Shown: positions 44,347 to 54,166, counted from the stretch's first letter. The stretch: DNA of 64,000 nt from an uncultured Prevotellaceae bacterium (GCA_900320245.1 ONRP01000008.1:25254-89253), one strand, 5' to 3'. Program-made: numbers and translations. Notes: generated by a model not told the origin, from the letters alone.

Positions 44347-45519
44347 TCAATAAGTCATGCCGAATGTCCATAACGGGATCTGATTACCTGCCCCGATTTC
44401 CAGGTCATCTTTCACGATATAGGCATTACTTGTATGTTTGATTTGACGACTGTTTTTGTTTTTGCCACCCACTTCAAACGTGATATCCCCGATTTCAAAG
44501 TCGGCAGTTCTTGAAGCGATAACGTCACCCACAACTCTCATCTGATTGTAGAAGAACGTCTCCCGTATGTTGCCGATGTCGGTCATTGCACCGCCCATCA
44601 CATAGGCTAGGTTGGTATTGTCTAGATACACTTTCTCGACTTTGCCCAGTCCTCTGATTCCTCCTGTGTCATCACGCAACTGTCCAATCATGCCGGCCTT
44701 TTCCATATACACAAAAAAATCGGGAAGCACATTGCGGCTCACGCTTACTACTGTGGCCAGTGAATCCATTACCGGCTTGAAGGGTACACTCTTGGCAATA
44801 ATACTCAATAAATGGCGCAGTTTGCGTCCCGTTGAAACCGTCATTTTAGCAAACTGTGGGATATCGATATCCATGGTCTGTTCCACAATCTGGTTGAGTA
44901 TCATCTCGAATTGCGGGTCCCTACCAAACGGGTAATACCCATGCTGAAGGTATTCGTGAAACCAGGGCAGAGGGTGGGAAACGCCAGGCAATTGCACTTT
45001 GCACGACAACACATCGTCCAATGTGGCGACCGGAAATGACAAGCCATGGAACAATGCTAGATATTCGCGGAAGGACAAACCCTGCATCCGATAGATGGGC
45101 GCCCTGCGGCTTAAATCGGCCTCGCCATGGGTGATATCCAATATCGACGAACCGGTAAATGACACCCTCAAGTCGGGATGATCATCATATATCTGTTTGA
45201 GTTCCTGGGACCAGTTGCCGTATTTGTGTATCTCATCAATAAACAGGTGCTTCCCGCCCTCACGCACAAATTGGTCAGCCACATCAATCAGTGAGTGGGA
45301 GGAAAAATAAACATTATCTGCCGAGACATAAAACATCTTTGTCTCACTGCGATGCTCATGTATGTATTGTAAAAACAATGTCGTTTTCCCCACACCGCGA
45401 GGGCCAACCAAGCCCAGCATCTGCCGTTCCCAGTTGATTTGGCCATACATATAGCGCTTAAAGGCCTTTGACACAGCGTTAACACGCTGGTCCATAATTC
45501 TCGTTAATGTGACATCCAT
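44347..45519 (-). CDS. AAA+ ATPase (AAA_14 plus DUF4143-type ATP-binding protein)
   Basis: Walker A GPRGVGKTT and Walker B LFIDEIH. The start at 45519 was chosen because a -7 box overlaps the longer ORF. Confidence 0.75.
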   Translation of the reverse strand: MDVTLTRIMDQRVNAVSKAFKRYMYGQINWERQMLGLVGPRGVGKTTLFLQYIHEHRSETKMFYVSADNVYFSSHSLIDVADQFVREGGKHLFIDEIHKYGNWSQELKQIYDDHPDLRVSFTGSSILDITHGEADLSRRAPIYRMQGLSFREYLALFHGLSFPVATLDDVLSCKVQLPGVSHPLPWFHEYLQHGYYPFGRDPQFEMILNQIVEQTMDIDIPQFAKMTVSTGRKLRHLLSIIAKSVPFKPVMDSLATVVSVSRNVLPDFFVYMEKAGMIGQLRDDTGGIRGLGKVEKVYLDNTNLAYVMGGAMTDIGNIRETFFYNQMRVVGDVIASRTADFEIGDITFEVGGKNKNSRQIKHTSNAYIVKDDLEIGAGNQIPLWTFGMTY

Positions 45520-45535
45520 AACTTCATTTTTTCTG

Positions 45536-45543
45536 CAAAGATA
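45536..45543 (-). promoter_or_regulatory. putative -7 box (TATCTTTG) for the AAA ATPase
   Basis: Matches TAnnTTTG on the minus strand, 17 nt upstream of the ATG at 45519. Confidence 0.45.
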
Positions 45544-45549
45544 CACAAT

Positions 45550-45602
45550 TGCACAAAATTTTGTGCACTATTTTTGATTTTTTGCACATTTTTTTGTGCA
45601 AA
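45550..45602. promoter_or_regulatory. two operator-like palindromes sharing TTGCACA / TGTGCAA half-sites
   Basis: tgcacaaaattttgtgca is a perfect 18-bp palindrome (45550-45567). tttgcaca-N6-tgtgcaaa lies at 45581-45602. Both are in the divergent intergenic region. Confidence 0.5.
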
Positions 45603-45722
45603 TAGGGCTTTTTAAGGGTTTTTGACGAAGATTTTAGGGACAGAATGGCCAAGAACAAGCGATTGTTGTGAATAATCGCTATATTTGTATTCTCATACGG
45701 CACTCAATGAACTCTGTGTAAT

Positions 45723-47915
45723 ATGGTAAAACGATGGATAATTAGCCTAGTGACAATGCTGCTGGCCATGGTGGCCAACACTATGGCGGCCGACGATGTG
45801 GAACAGGCCCGGGCGCTGGCCCGCAGGCTGTCGCCAGCATTGGCCGGCAAAGTAGAATTCCGCCAAATCGCGGCGGCCGACGGCAAGGATGTGTTTACCC
45901 TCGGCAGCGAGGGCGGTAAAGTGATTATCAGGGGCAACAATGCCGGCTCGATGGCCGTGGGACTGAACCGCTACCTTAACCACTACTGCATGACCACGGT
46001 GTCGTGGTATGCCGACGTGCCCGTGCAGTTGCCGCGCGTGCTGCCCGACGTGCCCGCCACCGAGCGGGTGACGGCCCGTGTGCCGCAGCGGTTCTTCCTC
46101 AACTACTGCACTTGGGGCTACACAATGCCTTTCTGGCAATGGCAAGACTGGGAACGCTTTATCGACTGGATGGCGCTCAACGGCGTGAACCTGCCGCTGG
46201 CCATCACGGGCCAGGAGGCGGTGTGGTACAACGTGTGGACCAGCCTGGGCTTGAGCGACAAGCAGGTGAGAGCCTATTTCACGGGGCCGGCCTACCTGCC
46301 ATGGCACCGCATGGCCAACATCGACGGCTGGTGCGGACCGTTGCCCAAGGAGTGGCTCGACGGCCAGACCGTGCTACAGCAACACATCGTGGAGCGTGAG
46401 CGCGCGCTAGGCATGCGGCCCGTCTTGCCAGCCTTTGCGGGACACGTACCGGGCGCCCTGCGCGAACTGTTCCCCAATGCCGACATCCAGGCGCTTGGCT
46501 CCTGGGCTGGCTTTGACGACCAGTTCCGCACATGTTTCCTCAACAGCGAGGACCCGCTCTACAGCCGCATCCAGCGCCTGTTCCTCGAGGAGCAGACGCG
46601 TCTGTTCGGCACCGACCACATCTACGGCATCGACCCGTTCAACGAGGTCGATCCTCCCAGTTTTGAACCCGATTACCTGAACAAGGTGACACGCCACATC
46701 TATGAGAGCCTCACCGCGGTCGACCCCGAAGCCGAGTGGCTGCAGATGGCCTGGTTCCTCTATTACCAGCGCAATGATTACACCCGCGAACGCACCCGCG
46801 CCATGCTCACCGGCGTGCCGCAGGGCAAGATGACGATGCTCGACTACTACTGCGAATATAAGGAGATGTGGCGCGAGCACGATGGTTTTTACGGACAGCC
46901 GTTCATCTGGTGCTACCTGGGCAACTTCGGCGGCAACACCAACGTGCAAGGACGTGTCAAGGAAGCCGGCGAGCGCATCGAACGCGCCCTGCAGGAGTGT
47001 GGCGAGGACCTTGTGGGCATCGGCTCCACCCTCGAGGGGCTCGATGTGCAGCAGTTCCCCTACGAGTACATCCTGGAGAAAGCCTGGGACTTCAACAAGA
47101 CCGACCGCCAGGTCATCGACGAACTCGCCGACCGCCATGCTGGCGGCACGAATGAACATGCGCGCGAGGCGTGGCAACTGCTCTATGACAACGTGCTAGA
47201 CATCACTCCCGGCAACTTTGCCGCTCCCCTGCCCTGCTCCTACCCCACCCTGGGCAAGGAGAGCCGCGCGGTCAAGTACGACCCGCAGCAACTACTGGCT
47301 GCCTGGGACGCCCTGCTCGACCAGGACCAGGTCACGACCGACGCGATGACCATCGACCTGCTGTGGGTGGGACGGCAACTGCTGGGCGACCTGTTCCTCA
47401 TCGAGAAACAGGCGCTTGACAGGGCATTCATGGAGCGTAACGAGAGTGACTTCTATGCCCACAGCAATGTGATGTATGAACTGCTGTCCGACCTCGATGA
47501 CCTGAACAGCCATCACCCCCAGGCCTCGCTGTCGCAGTGGCTGCAGCAGGCCCGCGACCTGGGAAGCACGCCCGCCGTCAAGGACTACTACGAGATGAAT
47601 GCCCGCCGCCTAATCACCACGTGGGGCGGCAGCCTCAACGACTATGCCTGCCGCAACTGGAGCGGCCTGATGTGGGACTACTATGCCAAGCGGTGGGAAA
47701 TCTACATGAGAAAAGCCACGGTGGCGCTGATCAACCACCAGGAGTTCGACACCGACGACTGCCGAGCCGCACTCGACAAGTTGCAGCAGCAGTGGGTCAA
47801 CGCGACCGAGTTGGAGGCCACAGGGCCCTACAGCAACGACATCCTGGGCCACTGCCGCGAGTTGCGAGAGAAATACCGTCCCCAGTTCGACGCCTGGCTC
47901 CAAAACAGCAAGTAA
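45723..47915 (+). CDS. GH89 alpha-N-acetylglucosaminidase (NAGLU-like), secreted
   Basis: 730 aa with NAGLU N-terminal, TIM-barrel (NGVNLPLAITGQEAVW, YLPWHRM) and C-terminal regions. Confidence 0.85.
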   Translation: MVKRWIISLVTMLLAMVANTMAADDVEQARALARRLSPALAGKVEFRQIAAADGKDVFTLGSEGGKVIIRGNNAGSMAVGLNRYLNHYCMTTVSWYADVPVQLPRVLPDVPATERVTARVPQRFFLNYCTWGYTMPFWQWQDWERFIDWMALNGVNLPLAITGQEAVWYNVWTSLGLSDKQVRAYFTGPAYLPWHRMANIDGWCGPLPKEWLDGQTVLQQHIVERERALGMRPVLPAFAGHVPGALRELFPNADIQALGSWAGFDDQFRTCFLNSEDPLYSRIQRLFLEEQTRLFGTDHIYGIDPFNEVDPPSFEPDYLNKVTRHIYESLTAVDPEAEWLQMAWFLYYQRNDYTRERTRAMLTGVPQGKMTMLDYYCEYKEMWREHDGFYGQPFIWCYLGNFGGNTNVQGRVKEAGERIERALQECGEDLVGIGSTLEGLDVQQFPYEYILEKAWDFNKTDRQVIDELADRHAGGTNEHAREAWQLLYDNVLDITPGNFAAPLPCSYPTLGKESRAVKYDPQQLLAAWDALLDQDQVTTDAMTIDLLWVGRQLLGDLFLIEKQALDRAFMERNESDFYAHSNVMYELLSDLDDLNSHHPQASLSQWLQQARDLGSTPAVKDYYEMNARRLITTWGGSLNDYACRNWSGLMWDYYAKRWEIYMRKATVALINHQEFDTDDCRAALDKLQQQWVNATELEATGPYSNDILGHCRELREKYRPQFDAWLQNSK

Positions 47916-47948
47916 GCCTCAACCATCCCATCCAGTCTAACCAGTAAA

Positions 47949-48010
47949 TCTAGAATATCTAGGGTATCTAGAATATCTAGAATATCTAGAATATCTAGAA
48001 TATCTAGAAT
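47949..48010. repeat. tandem 9-mer TCTAGAATA (7 units, one variant TCTAGGGTA)
   Basis: Read directly. Six of the seven units contain the palindrome TCTAGA. Confidence 0.95.
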
Positions 48011-48045
48011 CACAAAAAAGCGGCCATGTTGCCGCTTTTTTTGTG
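48011..48045 (+). terminator. intrinsic terminator after GH89
   Basis: cacaaaaaagcggc-catgtt-gccgcttttttgtg. Confidence 0.7.
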
Positions 48046-48132
48046 ATTTTGCGTCAACGGGAAGAGAGGCTGCGCCTTGGGAATGTCCAAATAAATTTGG
48101 CATTCCTCTCGGCTTGCACTATCTTTGCGGGC

Positions 48133-48714
48133 ATGAAACGAGAGATTAAAGGTAACGTTTGCGTGTTTTGTGCCTCGAGTGCCAACATCAACGAGCAATA
48201 CTTGCAGGCAGCGCGAGAGTTGGGACAACTGCTCGCCGAGGAAGGATGGCGCTGCGTCAACGGCGGCGGGGCCGTGGGACTGATGGGCGCCGTGACCGAC
48301 GGCACGCTCGATGCCGGAGGCGAGGTCACCGGAGTCATCCCCAAGTTCATGGTCGACAACGGGTGGTGCTATGACCGCCTGGAGGATGTCATCATCACGG
48401 CCGACATGCACCAGCGCAAGCACATGATGAGCGAGATGGCCGATGCCGTCATCGCCCTGCCCGGAGGCGTGGGCACCCTCGAGGAACTGCTCGAGACGCT
48501 CACATGGAGGCAACTGGGACTGGTCAAGGTGCCTGTCATCATCCTGAACACGCTGGGCTACTACGATGCCCTGCTGGCCATGCTGCAGCATGCCATCGGC
48601 CAAGGCTTCATGAAGGAATCACATGCCCAGTTGTGGCAAGTCGCCGCCACTCCTGCCGAGGCCATCGCCATGCTCAAGGACTCCCGCACGGTGGAGTTTG
48701 AATCCAAATATTGA
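48133..48714 (+). CDS. LOG family protein (TIGR00730, cytokinin riboside 5'-monophosphate phosphoribohydrolase-like)
   Basis: VCVFCASS, GGGAVGLMG and PGGVGTLEEL motifs. The start was set at the Met just after the -7 box. Confidence 0.85.
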   Translation: MKREIKGNVCVFCASSANINEQYLQAARELGQLLAEEGWRCVNGGGAVGLMGAVTDGTLDAGGEVTGVIPKFMVDNGWCYDRLEDVIITADMHQRKHMMSEMADAVIALPGGVGTLEELLETLTWRQLGLVKVPVIILNTLGYYDALLAMLQHAIGQGFMKESHAQLWQVAATPAEAIAMLKDSRTVEFESKY

Positions 48715-48722
48715 GTAGTTTC

Positions 48723-49559
48723 ATGCCCGTCAACATCCATCCAGCCGATTCCGCACCCCATGCTGACAGCGTGGCGCAACACGTCGTGCCAGTGCAGGCC
48801 GACACCGTGGCCCTGAAGGCCACGGCCGACACCACAGCACGCCCGGTCATCGAGGTGCCTGAACCGGTCCAGGCACAGCCCTTTGCCCGCTCACCGCTTC
48901 ACGACACGCCCTCGATGGCGCTGTTGCTGACAGGTGTGCTGGCGGTGACGCTATGCTACCACACGGGCTACAAGTATATCGAGAACTTTTTCCACTACAT
49001 GTTCTCGACCCGCCGACGCGAGAACCTGTTCGAGGACCACACGGTCAACGAGACCAGCATCCTGGCGGCACTGATTGCCAACACCTGCATCGTCGAGGGA
49101 TTTATCGTCTACTTTGCGGTGCAACTGCTGTGGCCCGGTTTTGCCGACTCGCTCAAGAGTCAGGTGTTCACACACATCGCCGCATTCAGCGGCATGGCCG
49201 TGGGATTCTACCTCATCCAATGGCTGGTCTACAAAGTGATGGGCTACACCTTCACCGACCAGACGGGATCGCGGCTGTGGATTGACGGTTTCAAGTCCTC
49301 ACAGTCGCTCCTGGGTCTCGTGCTGCTGCCCGTGCTCGTGCTGCTGATGCTTTATCCGGCTCATGGCAAAGTGCTATTGGCCGTCGCCGCAGCACTATAC
49401 TTTTCGGCAAGACTTATCTTCATCTTCAAGGGGTTTAGAATTTTTTATAGCAATTTGTCATCTATTCTCTATTTTTTGTTGTACCTTTGCGCCGTCGAAA
49501 TCGTACCCTTAGTCATTATGACAAGCGTAACGTACTGGATTTGTGGTATTTTACTATAG
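48723..49559 (+). CDS. DUF4271 family membrane protein
   Basis: Polytopic membrane protein directly upstream of a HemD-like gene, the usual Bacteroidota arrangement. Confidence 0.55.
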   Translation: MPVNIHPADSAPHADSVAQHVVPVQADTVALKATADTTARPVIEVPEPVQAQPFARSPLHDTPSMALLLTGVLAVTLCYHTGYKYIENFFHYMFSTRRRENLFEDHTVNETSILAALIANTCIVEGFIVYFAVQLLWPGFADSLKSQVFTHIAAFSGMAVGFYLIQWLVYKVMGYTFTDQTGSRLWIDGFKSSQSLLGLVLLPVLVLLMLYPAHGKVLLAVAAALYFSARLIFIFKGFRIFYSNLSSILYFLLYLCAVEIVPLVIMTSVTYWICGILL

Positions 49560-49569
49560 AAAAAACTAA

Positions 49570-50574
49570 ATGAACGTTAAGAAGATTCTGGTTTCACAAC
49601 CAAAACCGACGTCCGACAAATCTCCATATTTTGACTTGGAGAAGAAATACGGAGTAGAGATTGTTTTCAGGCCTTTCATCAAGGTCGAAGGTTTGACATC
49701 CAAGGAATTCAGGCAGTCCAAGATCAACGTGCCTGACTATAGCGCCATTATTCTGACTGCACGCACAGCCATCGACCATTTCTTCCGCCTGTGCAAGGAG
49801 TTGCGCTACAACGTCCCCGACACCTTGAAGTATTTCTGCGTCAGCGAGACCATCGCCCACTATCTGCAGAAGTATGTAGTCTACCGCAAGCGCAAGATTT
49901 TCTATAGCGAGTCAGGCAGGATGGAAGACCTCATTCCCATCATCGCCAAGCACAACAAGGAGACCTACCTGATGCCCGTCAGCGACGTGCACAACGACAA
50001 AGCCGTCGTGCTCGACAACAACAAGGTAAAATATGTCAAGGCTGTAATGTACCGCACCGTGAGCAACAACTTCAAGCCCGGTGAGCCGTTCGACTACGAC
50101 ATGCTCGTGTTCTTCACTCCCGCCGGCATCAAGTCCTACATCACCAACTTCCCCGACTATGCCGACCGCCACGTCGTGATCGCCGCCATGGGCCAGACAA
50201 CGCTCGAGGCCGCAGCAAAGGTGGGATTGCAGGTCGACGTGACCATCACGCCCCAAACCCCGTCAATGGCAAGTGCCATCGACCATTACCTGAAGAAGGC
50301 CAAGGCCGAGGAAGAGAAGGTGGAGAAGAAAGCGGCAAAGCAGACCAAGGCCAAACCCGCTGCTCCCAAGAAGGAGGCTCCCAAGCCCGCCGCCAAAAAG
50401 GACATGAGCGAAGAGGAGAAACTCTTTGCCAAGCGTTCCGAAGCCGCCAAGAAGGCCGCCGCAACACGTCGCGCCAAGGCCGAGGCCGAGCGCGAAGCAG
50501 CAGCCAAGCGCTCCGAGGCCGCCAAGAAGGCCGCCGCTACACGACGCGCCAAGGCTGAGACCAAGAAAAAATAA
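49570..50574 (+). CDS. uroporphyrinogen-III synthase (HemD) family protein with a Lys/Ala-rich repeat tail
   Basis: The N-terminal 240 aa are HemD-like. The C-terminal roughly 95 aa are KA-rich and include a 25-aa tandem repeat AKRSEAAKKAAATRRAKAE. Confidence 0.7.
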   Translation: MNVKKILVSQPKPTSDKSPYFDLEKKYGVEIVFRPFIKVEGLTSKEFRQSKINVPDYSAIILTARTAIDHFFRLCKELRYNVPDTLKYFCVSETIAHYLQKYVVYRKRKIFYSESGRMEDLIPIIAKHNKETYLMPVSDVHNDKAVVLDNNKVKYVKAVMYRTVSNNFKPGEPFDYDMLVFFTPAGIKSYITNFPDYADRHVVIAAMGQTTLEAAAKVGLQVDVTITPQTPSMASAIDHYLKKAKAEEEKVEKKAAKQTKAKPAAPKKEAPKPAAKKDMSEEEKLFAKRSEAAKKAAATRRAKAEAEREAAAKRSEAAKKAAATRRAKAETKKK

Positions 50575-50668
50575 TAGACACCATTGGAGCGGCCAGCGTT
50601 CCAAAAAATGAATTTCATAGCGGGTGCGGCTTGGCCGTACCCGTTTTTTTAGTAATTTCGCATCCAGA

Positions 50669-51085
50669 ATGGACTACAAACTGAACAAAGACGAGAAACT
50701 CACCAGCCGAACCGCTATCGAACTGCTCTTCGGCGAGGGTAAGTCGCTGATGGCCTTCCCGCTGCGCGCGGCCTACCGACTGCGCCCCCGCGGCGAGCAC
50801 CCCGTCCAGTTCCTCATCTCCATTCCCAAAAAACGCATCCGCAAGGCCGTCGGGCGCGTCACGCTACGGCGCCGTGTTCGTGAGGCCTACCGTCTGAACC
50901 GGCGGCAACTGCTCTTCCCCGCTCTCGACGAGCAGGGTTGGGGCGTGGACATTGCCTTCGTCTATCTCGACAGCAACCTTGCCCCCTACAGCGTCATCAA
51001 CGAGAAAGTGACCCTGCTGCTCCAGCGCATCGCCAGCGCCGCGGCCCAGCAGCCATCACCCGACACCGAACAAGAGCAGCCATGA
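50669..51085 (+). CDS. rnpA: ribonuclease P protein component
   Basis: Basic 138-aa protein with the [13 protein letters not shown] start. It is followed by yidD with a 4-nt overlap. Confidence 0.8.
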   Translation: MDYKLNKDEKLTSRTAIELLFGEGKSLMAFPLRAAYRLRPRGEHPVQFLISIPKKRIRKAVGRVTLRRRVREAYRLNRRQLLFPALDEQGWGVDIAFVYLDSNLAPYSVINEKVTLLLQRIASAAAQQPSPDTEQEQP

Positions 51086-51342
51086 GTATCATCAACACCA
51101 TCAAGCATGGGTGCAAGGCTGTCCTGCACGGCATCGGCTGGCTGCTGATTCAGCCCATCCGCTTCTACCAGAGGTTCTTGTCGCCGCTCAAGCCGCCCAC
51201 CTGCCGGTTCACACCCACCTGCAGCCAATATGCCATCGAGGCCATCCGCAAACACGGACCCTTCAAGGGACTGGCCCTCGCCATCTGGCGCATCCTGCGC
51301 TGCAACCCATGGGGAGGCAGCGGCTACGACCCCGTGCCCTAA
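51082..51342 (+). CDS. yidD: membrane protein insertion efficiency factor YidD
   Basis: [19 protein letters not shown]....G motif. Confidence 0.9.
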   Translation: MSIINTIKHGCKAVLHGIGWLLIQPIRFYQRFLSPLKPPTCRFTPTCSQYAIEAIRKHGPFKGLALAIWRILRCNPWGGSGYDPVP

Positions 51343-51370
51343 TCACCCTGAGCCCGACGAGTAAAACCCG

Positions 51371-52009
51371 ATGACTGTAATGCCCATCCTCGACTTCCAT
51401 ACCCACCGCCTTGATGCTGAGGGCGCACTCATCTCGGTCGACCCGCGGCAGTTTGACCCGCTACCGGGGCGCTACTACTCGGTGGGCTTTCACCCCTGGC
51501 ATGACGTGGACCGCCTCACGGCGGGCGACTGGGACTTGCTCGAGCGGTGCGCCCAGCACCCACAAGTACTCGCCATCGGCGAAACCGGCATGGACACCCT
51601 GCGCGGATGCGACCTCGACATCCAGGCCGACGCGTTTCTGCGTCACCTGCAACTGGCCCATGCCCTGGGCAAACCCGTCATTGCCCACTGCGTGAGGACC
51701 GCCCAGCGACTGCTCGACGTACGCAGCCATGCGGGCCTCACCGATGTCTCCCTTGCCATTCACGGCATGCGTGCCAACGAGCGCGTGGCAAGGCTCCTGC
51801 TCGACGGCGGCTGCTACCTCTCCTTCGGTGACCGTTTCAATCCCGTGACCCTCGCTGCCACACCCCTCGACCGATTGCTCATCGAGACCGATGACAGCCC
51901 CGCCCCTATCGGCGACGTGGCCACAGCAGTCGCCCAAACCCTCCATATACCCACGCAGCAACTCCAGAACCTCGTCACGGCCAACGCCCACCGCTGCCTC
52001 ACGCCATAA
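51371..52009 (+). CDS. TatD-family metal-dependent hydrolase
   Basis: 212 aa with an HTH start motif, a GETGMD motif and an AHCV motif. Confidence 0.7.
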   Translation: MTVMPILDFHTHRLDAEGALISVDPRQFDPLPGRYYSVGFHPWHDVDRLTAGDWDLLERCAQHPQVLAIGETGMDTLRGCDLDIQADAFLRHLQLAHALGKPVIAHCVRTAQRLLDVRSHAGLTDVSLAIHGMRANERVARLLLDGGCYLSFGDRFNPVTLAATPLDRLLIETDDSPAPIGDVATAVAQTLHIPTQQLQNLVTANAHRCLTP

Positions 52010-52111
52010 CACGAGCAACGGCAGAGTCCCACCGACACCGACAAAAAATAATTGTGGGGACTGAATAGCCCCCACAATGATCTGTTATTCAAGCCCATCG
52101 GGCTATGCCAA

Positions 52112-53656
52112 TTAGTATAATGCTTCTTCGGGAACAGTGTCTAACACACCCATATCAGAATCGTAGTCCGACTCATAATCGTAGTCATAACCAGTGTAGG
52201 AGTCAAACTCTTCACTAAACTTGACAAAGAAAGTCAACGCATCCAGGAAACACAGTTTCTTGCCGTCTTCCATCACAAACAACTTGGCATTGCCGCTCTG
52301 CAGGTCCTTGCTCGATGCGGTAAACTGCATCTTCATATCATCGATTGTGCTGGTACAATATACGGCAGCAACCGACTCGCTGAACAGGGATTTAATCTCT
52401 TTATCCTTAGTCGACGATTTTGTGCCGCCACCGAGGAATTTGAAATAGAGGACATCGTTATTCTCACCCAAGACGAATGACGGGCCTCCGTAAGAGTCAC
52501 TTATCACATACTCGCCGCCGTGGCGCTGTGCCTCCTCGGCAAACGGTGTCATGCTGATAATGCCATGCAGGTCGCTGGCCTTCGGCGTCTTGGCGGCTAC
52601 CACTGCATCAAATTCTTTTGTCTTCAAGTCGTTGCAGGCAATACCAAACACAACAGGACCCTTGATTGACTTGAAGATATCCAGGATTTTTGCAAAGTCG
52701 GGATCGTCATAAGCATCACCGAGCAGTTTCTTTACCAGATTGAAGTTGGCAATGGCGGCGCCATTGATGCTCACGCTATAAATCATGGTGTGGTCACCAC
52801 TGGGCATCATCGGAACCAAGTCAGCATTGGGAGCCGCAGTCATTTTCTTAACCAGTTTCAGGTAATCGCTGTTCTCGGGGAACTCGTTCTCGGTCGTGAC
52901 ATTGCACTCGTTGTCGGCAAGGTTGATGTGGATGGCAGTCGACTTAGTGTCAACAATGTCCATTGCCGACGAAGCCGCCATAGCAGCAGGGTCGCGATCG
53001 TTGCCAATCTCCTTGGCTGCTACCTTCCTGATCTTCTCGCTATTGATGAAGATATTGATGTCGTCGCTATTATCCAAAGCCTTGGCGATGGATTCATTAG
53101 ATGACATGGAAGACTCAGGCGACAATAACTCGACCAGGTCATCCATTACGTCCTCTTTCCATGCCGACGTGTAGCACAATGTGCCGTCCTTGATGAGGAA
53201 GATGTCGCCTTCATCTTGTCCGAACAACAGGTCACCTTTTTTATCAAGCACCACATTGGCGACATCCTCGATATAATCCTTCACCTTGTTCTCATCGTCC
53301 ACAGGTACGAGCAGGACTGCACTAAAGTCACTCTTGCCATTTATGGCGCCGTCGGGCATAAACACATAGGAACTGTGCTTGAAGTCGATACCCGAATTCA
53401 CCAACTTGTCCAGATTCTTGTTCATGTCTTTGGTATCACCCATCTCCTTCAGCATCTTCCTGAATTTGGTGGGCAGAACAATCTTTCCGTCCTTAATATC
53501 CACACCCGAGTGTTTGATCAGTTGAGGCATGTCGGCCTTGAGCACCATAACGGCATCAGAGGGAATCAGGCCCTCGGTCCTGTCATCAACATTGCTGCAT
53601 GATGTGGCCAGCAAGAGCATAGCCAACGAAAAAAACAAAAACTTAATCTGTCTCAT
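52112..53656 (-). CDS. DUF4836-like lipoprotein
   Basis: Lipobox LLLATSC after the Met at 53656, about 515 aa. The family name is from memory. Confidence 0.5.
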   Translation of the reverse strand: MRQIKFLFFSLAMLLLATSCSNVDDRTEGLIPSDAVMVLKADMPQLIKHSGVDIKDGKIVLPTKFRKMLKEMGDTKDMNKNLDKLVNSGIDFKHSSYVFMPDGAINGKSDFSAVLLVPVDDENKVKDYIEDVANVVLDKKGDLLFGQDEGDIFLIKDGTLCYTSAWKEDVMDDLVELLSPESSMSSNESIAKALDNSDDINIFINSEKIRKVAAKEIGNDRDPAAMAASSAMDIVDTKSTAIHINLADNECNVTTENEFPENSDYLKLVKKMTAAPNADLVPMMPSGDHTMIYSVSINGAAIANFNLVKKLLGDAYDDPDFAKILDIFKSIKGPVVFGIACNDLKTKEFDAVVAAKTPKASDLHGIISMTPFAEEAQRHGGEYVISDSYGGPSFVLGENNDVLYFKFLGGGTKSSTKDKEIKSLFSESVAAVYCTSTIDDMKMQFTASSKDLQSGNAKLFVMEDGKKLCFLDALTFFVKFSEEFDSYTGYDYDYESDYDSDMGVLDTVPEEALY

Positions 53657-54132
53657 AAGGTAAATCCCGGAGCCAATTATGTGAATACCAGAGAAGTGGC
53701 ATAGAGATGGCTCCTTTACCTCTATCGAGACCACTTCTTGTTAGATTTTAGGCGATGTGCCGACGACCAATTAAAAAAAAGGCCTCAAACACACCAAACT
53801 CTTTTCATTTCAAAGGTTAAAACCTCTTAATTCTGCAAAATTATAGCCAATAATTGAAAAAAACAAACCATTATGGGAAAAATTTGCCAACAATATGGGA
53901 ATTGCCCCAGACCCTGGAGGGCTAATGCGAATCTCACGAATTCATCTAATTTGACGAATAGTTTTATGTTTTCTTTCGTGAAATCCGTCTCATTAGTGAA
54001 ATCCGTATTAAAAATCTTTCAGGGCCAAAAACCCTTCGGCTTGCACTTCGTTGGCTGCGCCCAAGATAGGCGGCGCCTTAACATTGCTCAAGAAAAAGGG
54101 GGCTTTTTCTTGGCACTGTCTTCGGCTTGCAC

Positions 54133-54140
54133 TATCTTTG
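54133..54140 (+). promoter_or_regulatory. putative -7 box (TATCTTTG) within a 32-nt module shared with 48097-48128
   Basis: ttggca..tcggcttgcactatctttgc occurs at both loci. Confidence 0.5.
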
Positions 54141-54166
54141 CCAATTGGTTTGACCCATCAACTGCT

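Noticed and set aside
50246-50618. Several overlapping ORFs in both orientations within the Lys/Ala-rich repeat region of the HemD-like gene.
   Set aside because: They are artefacts of GC-rich, repetitive GCC/AAG codons. Only the frame continuous with the HemD domain has a start and gene context.
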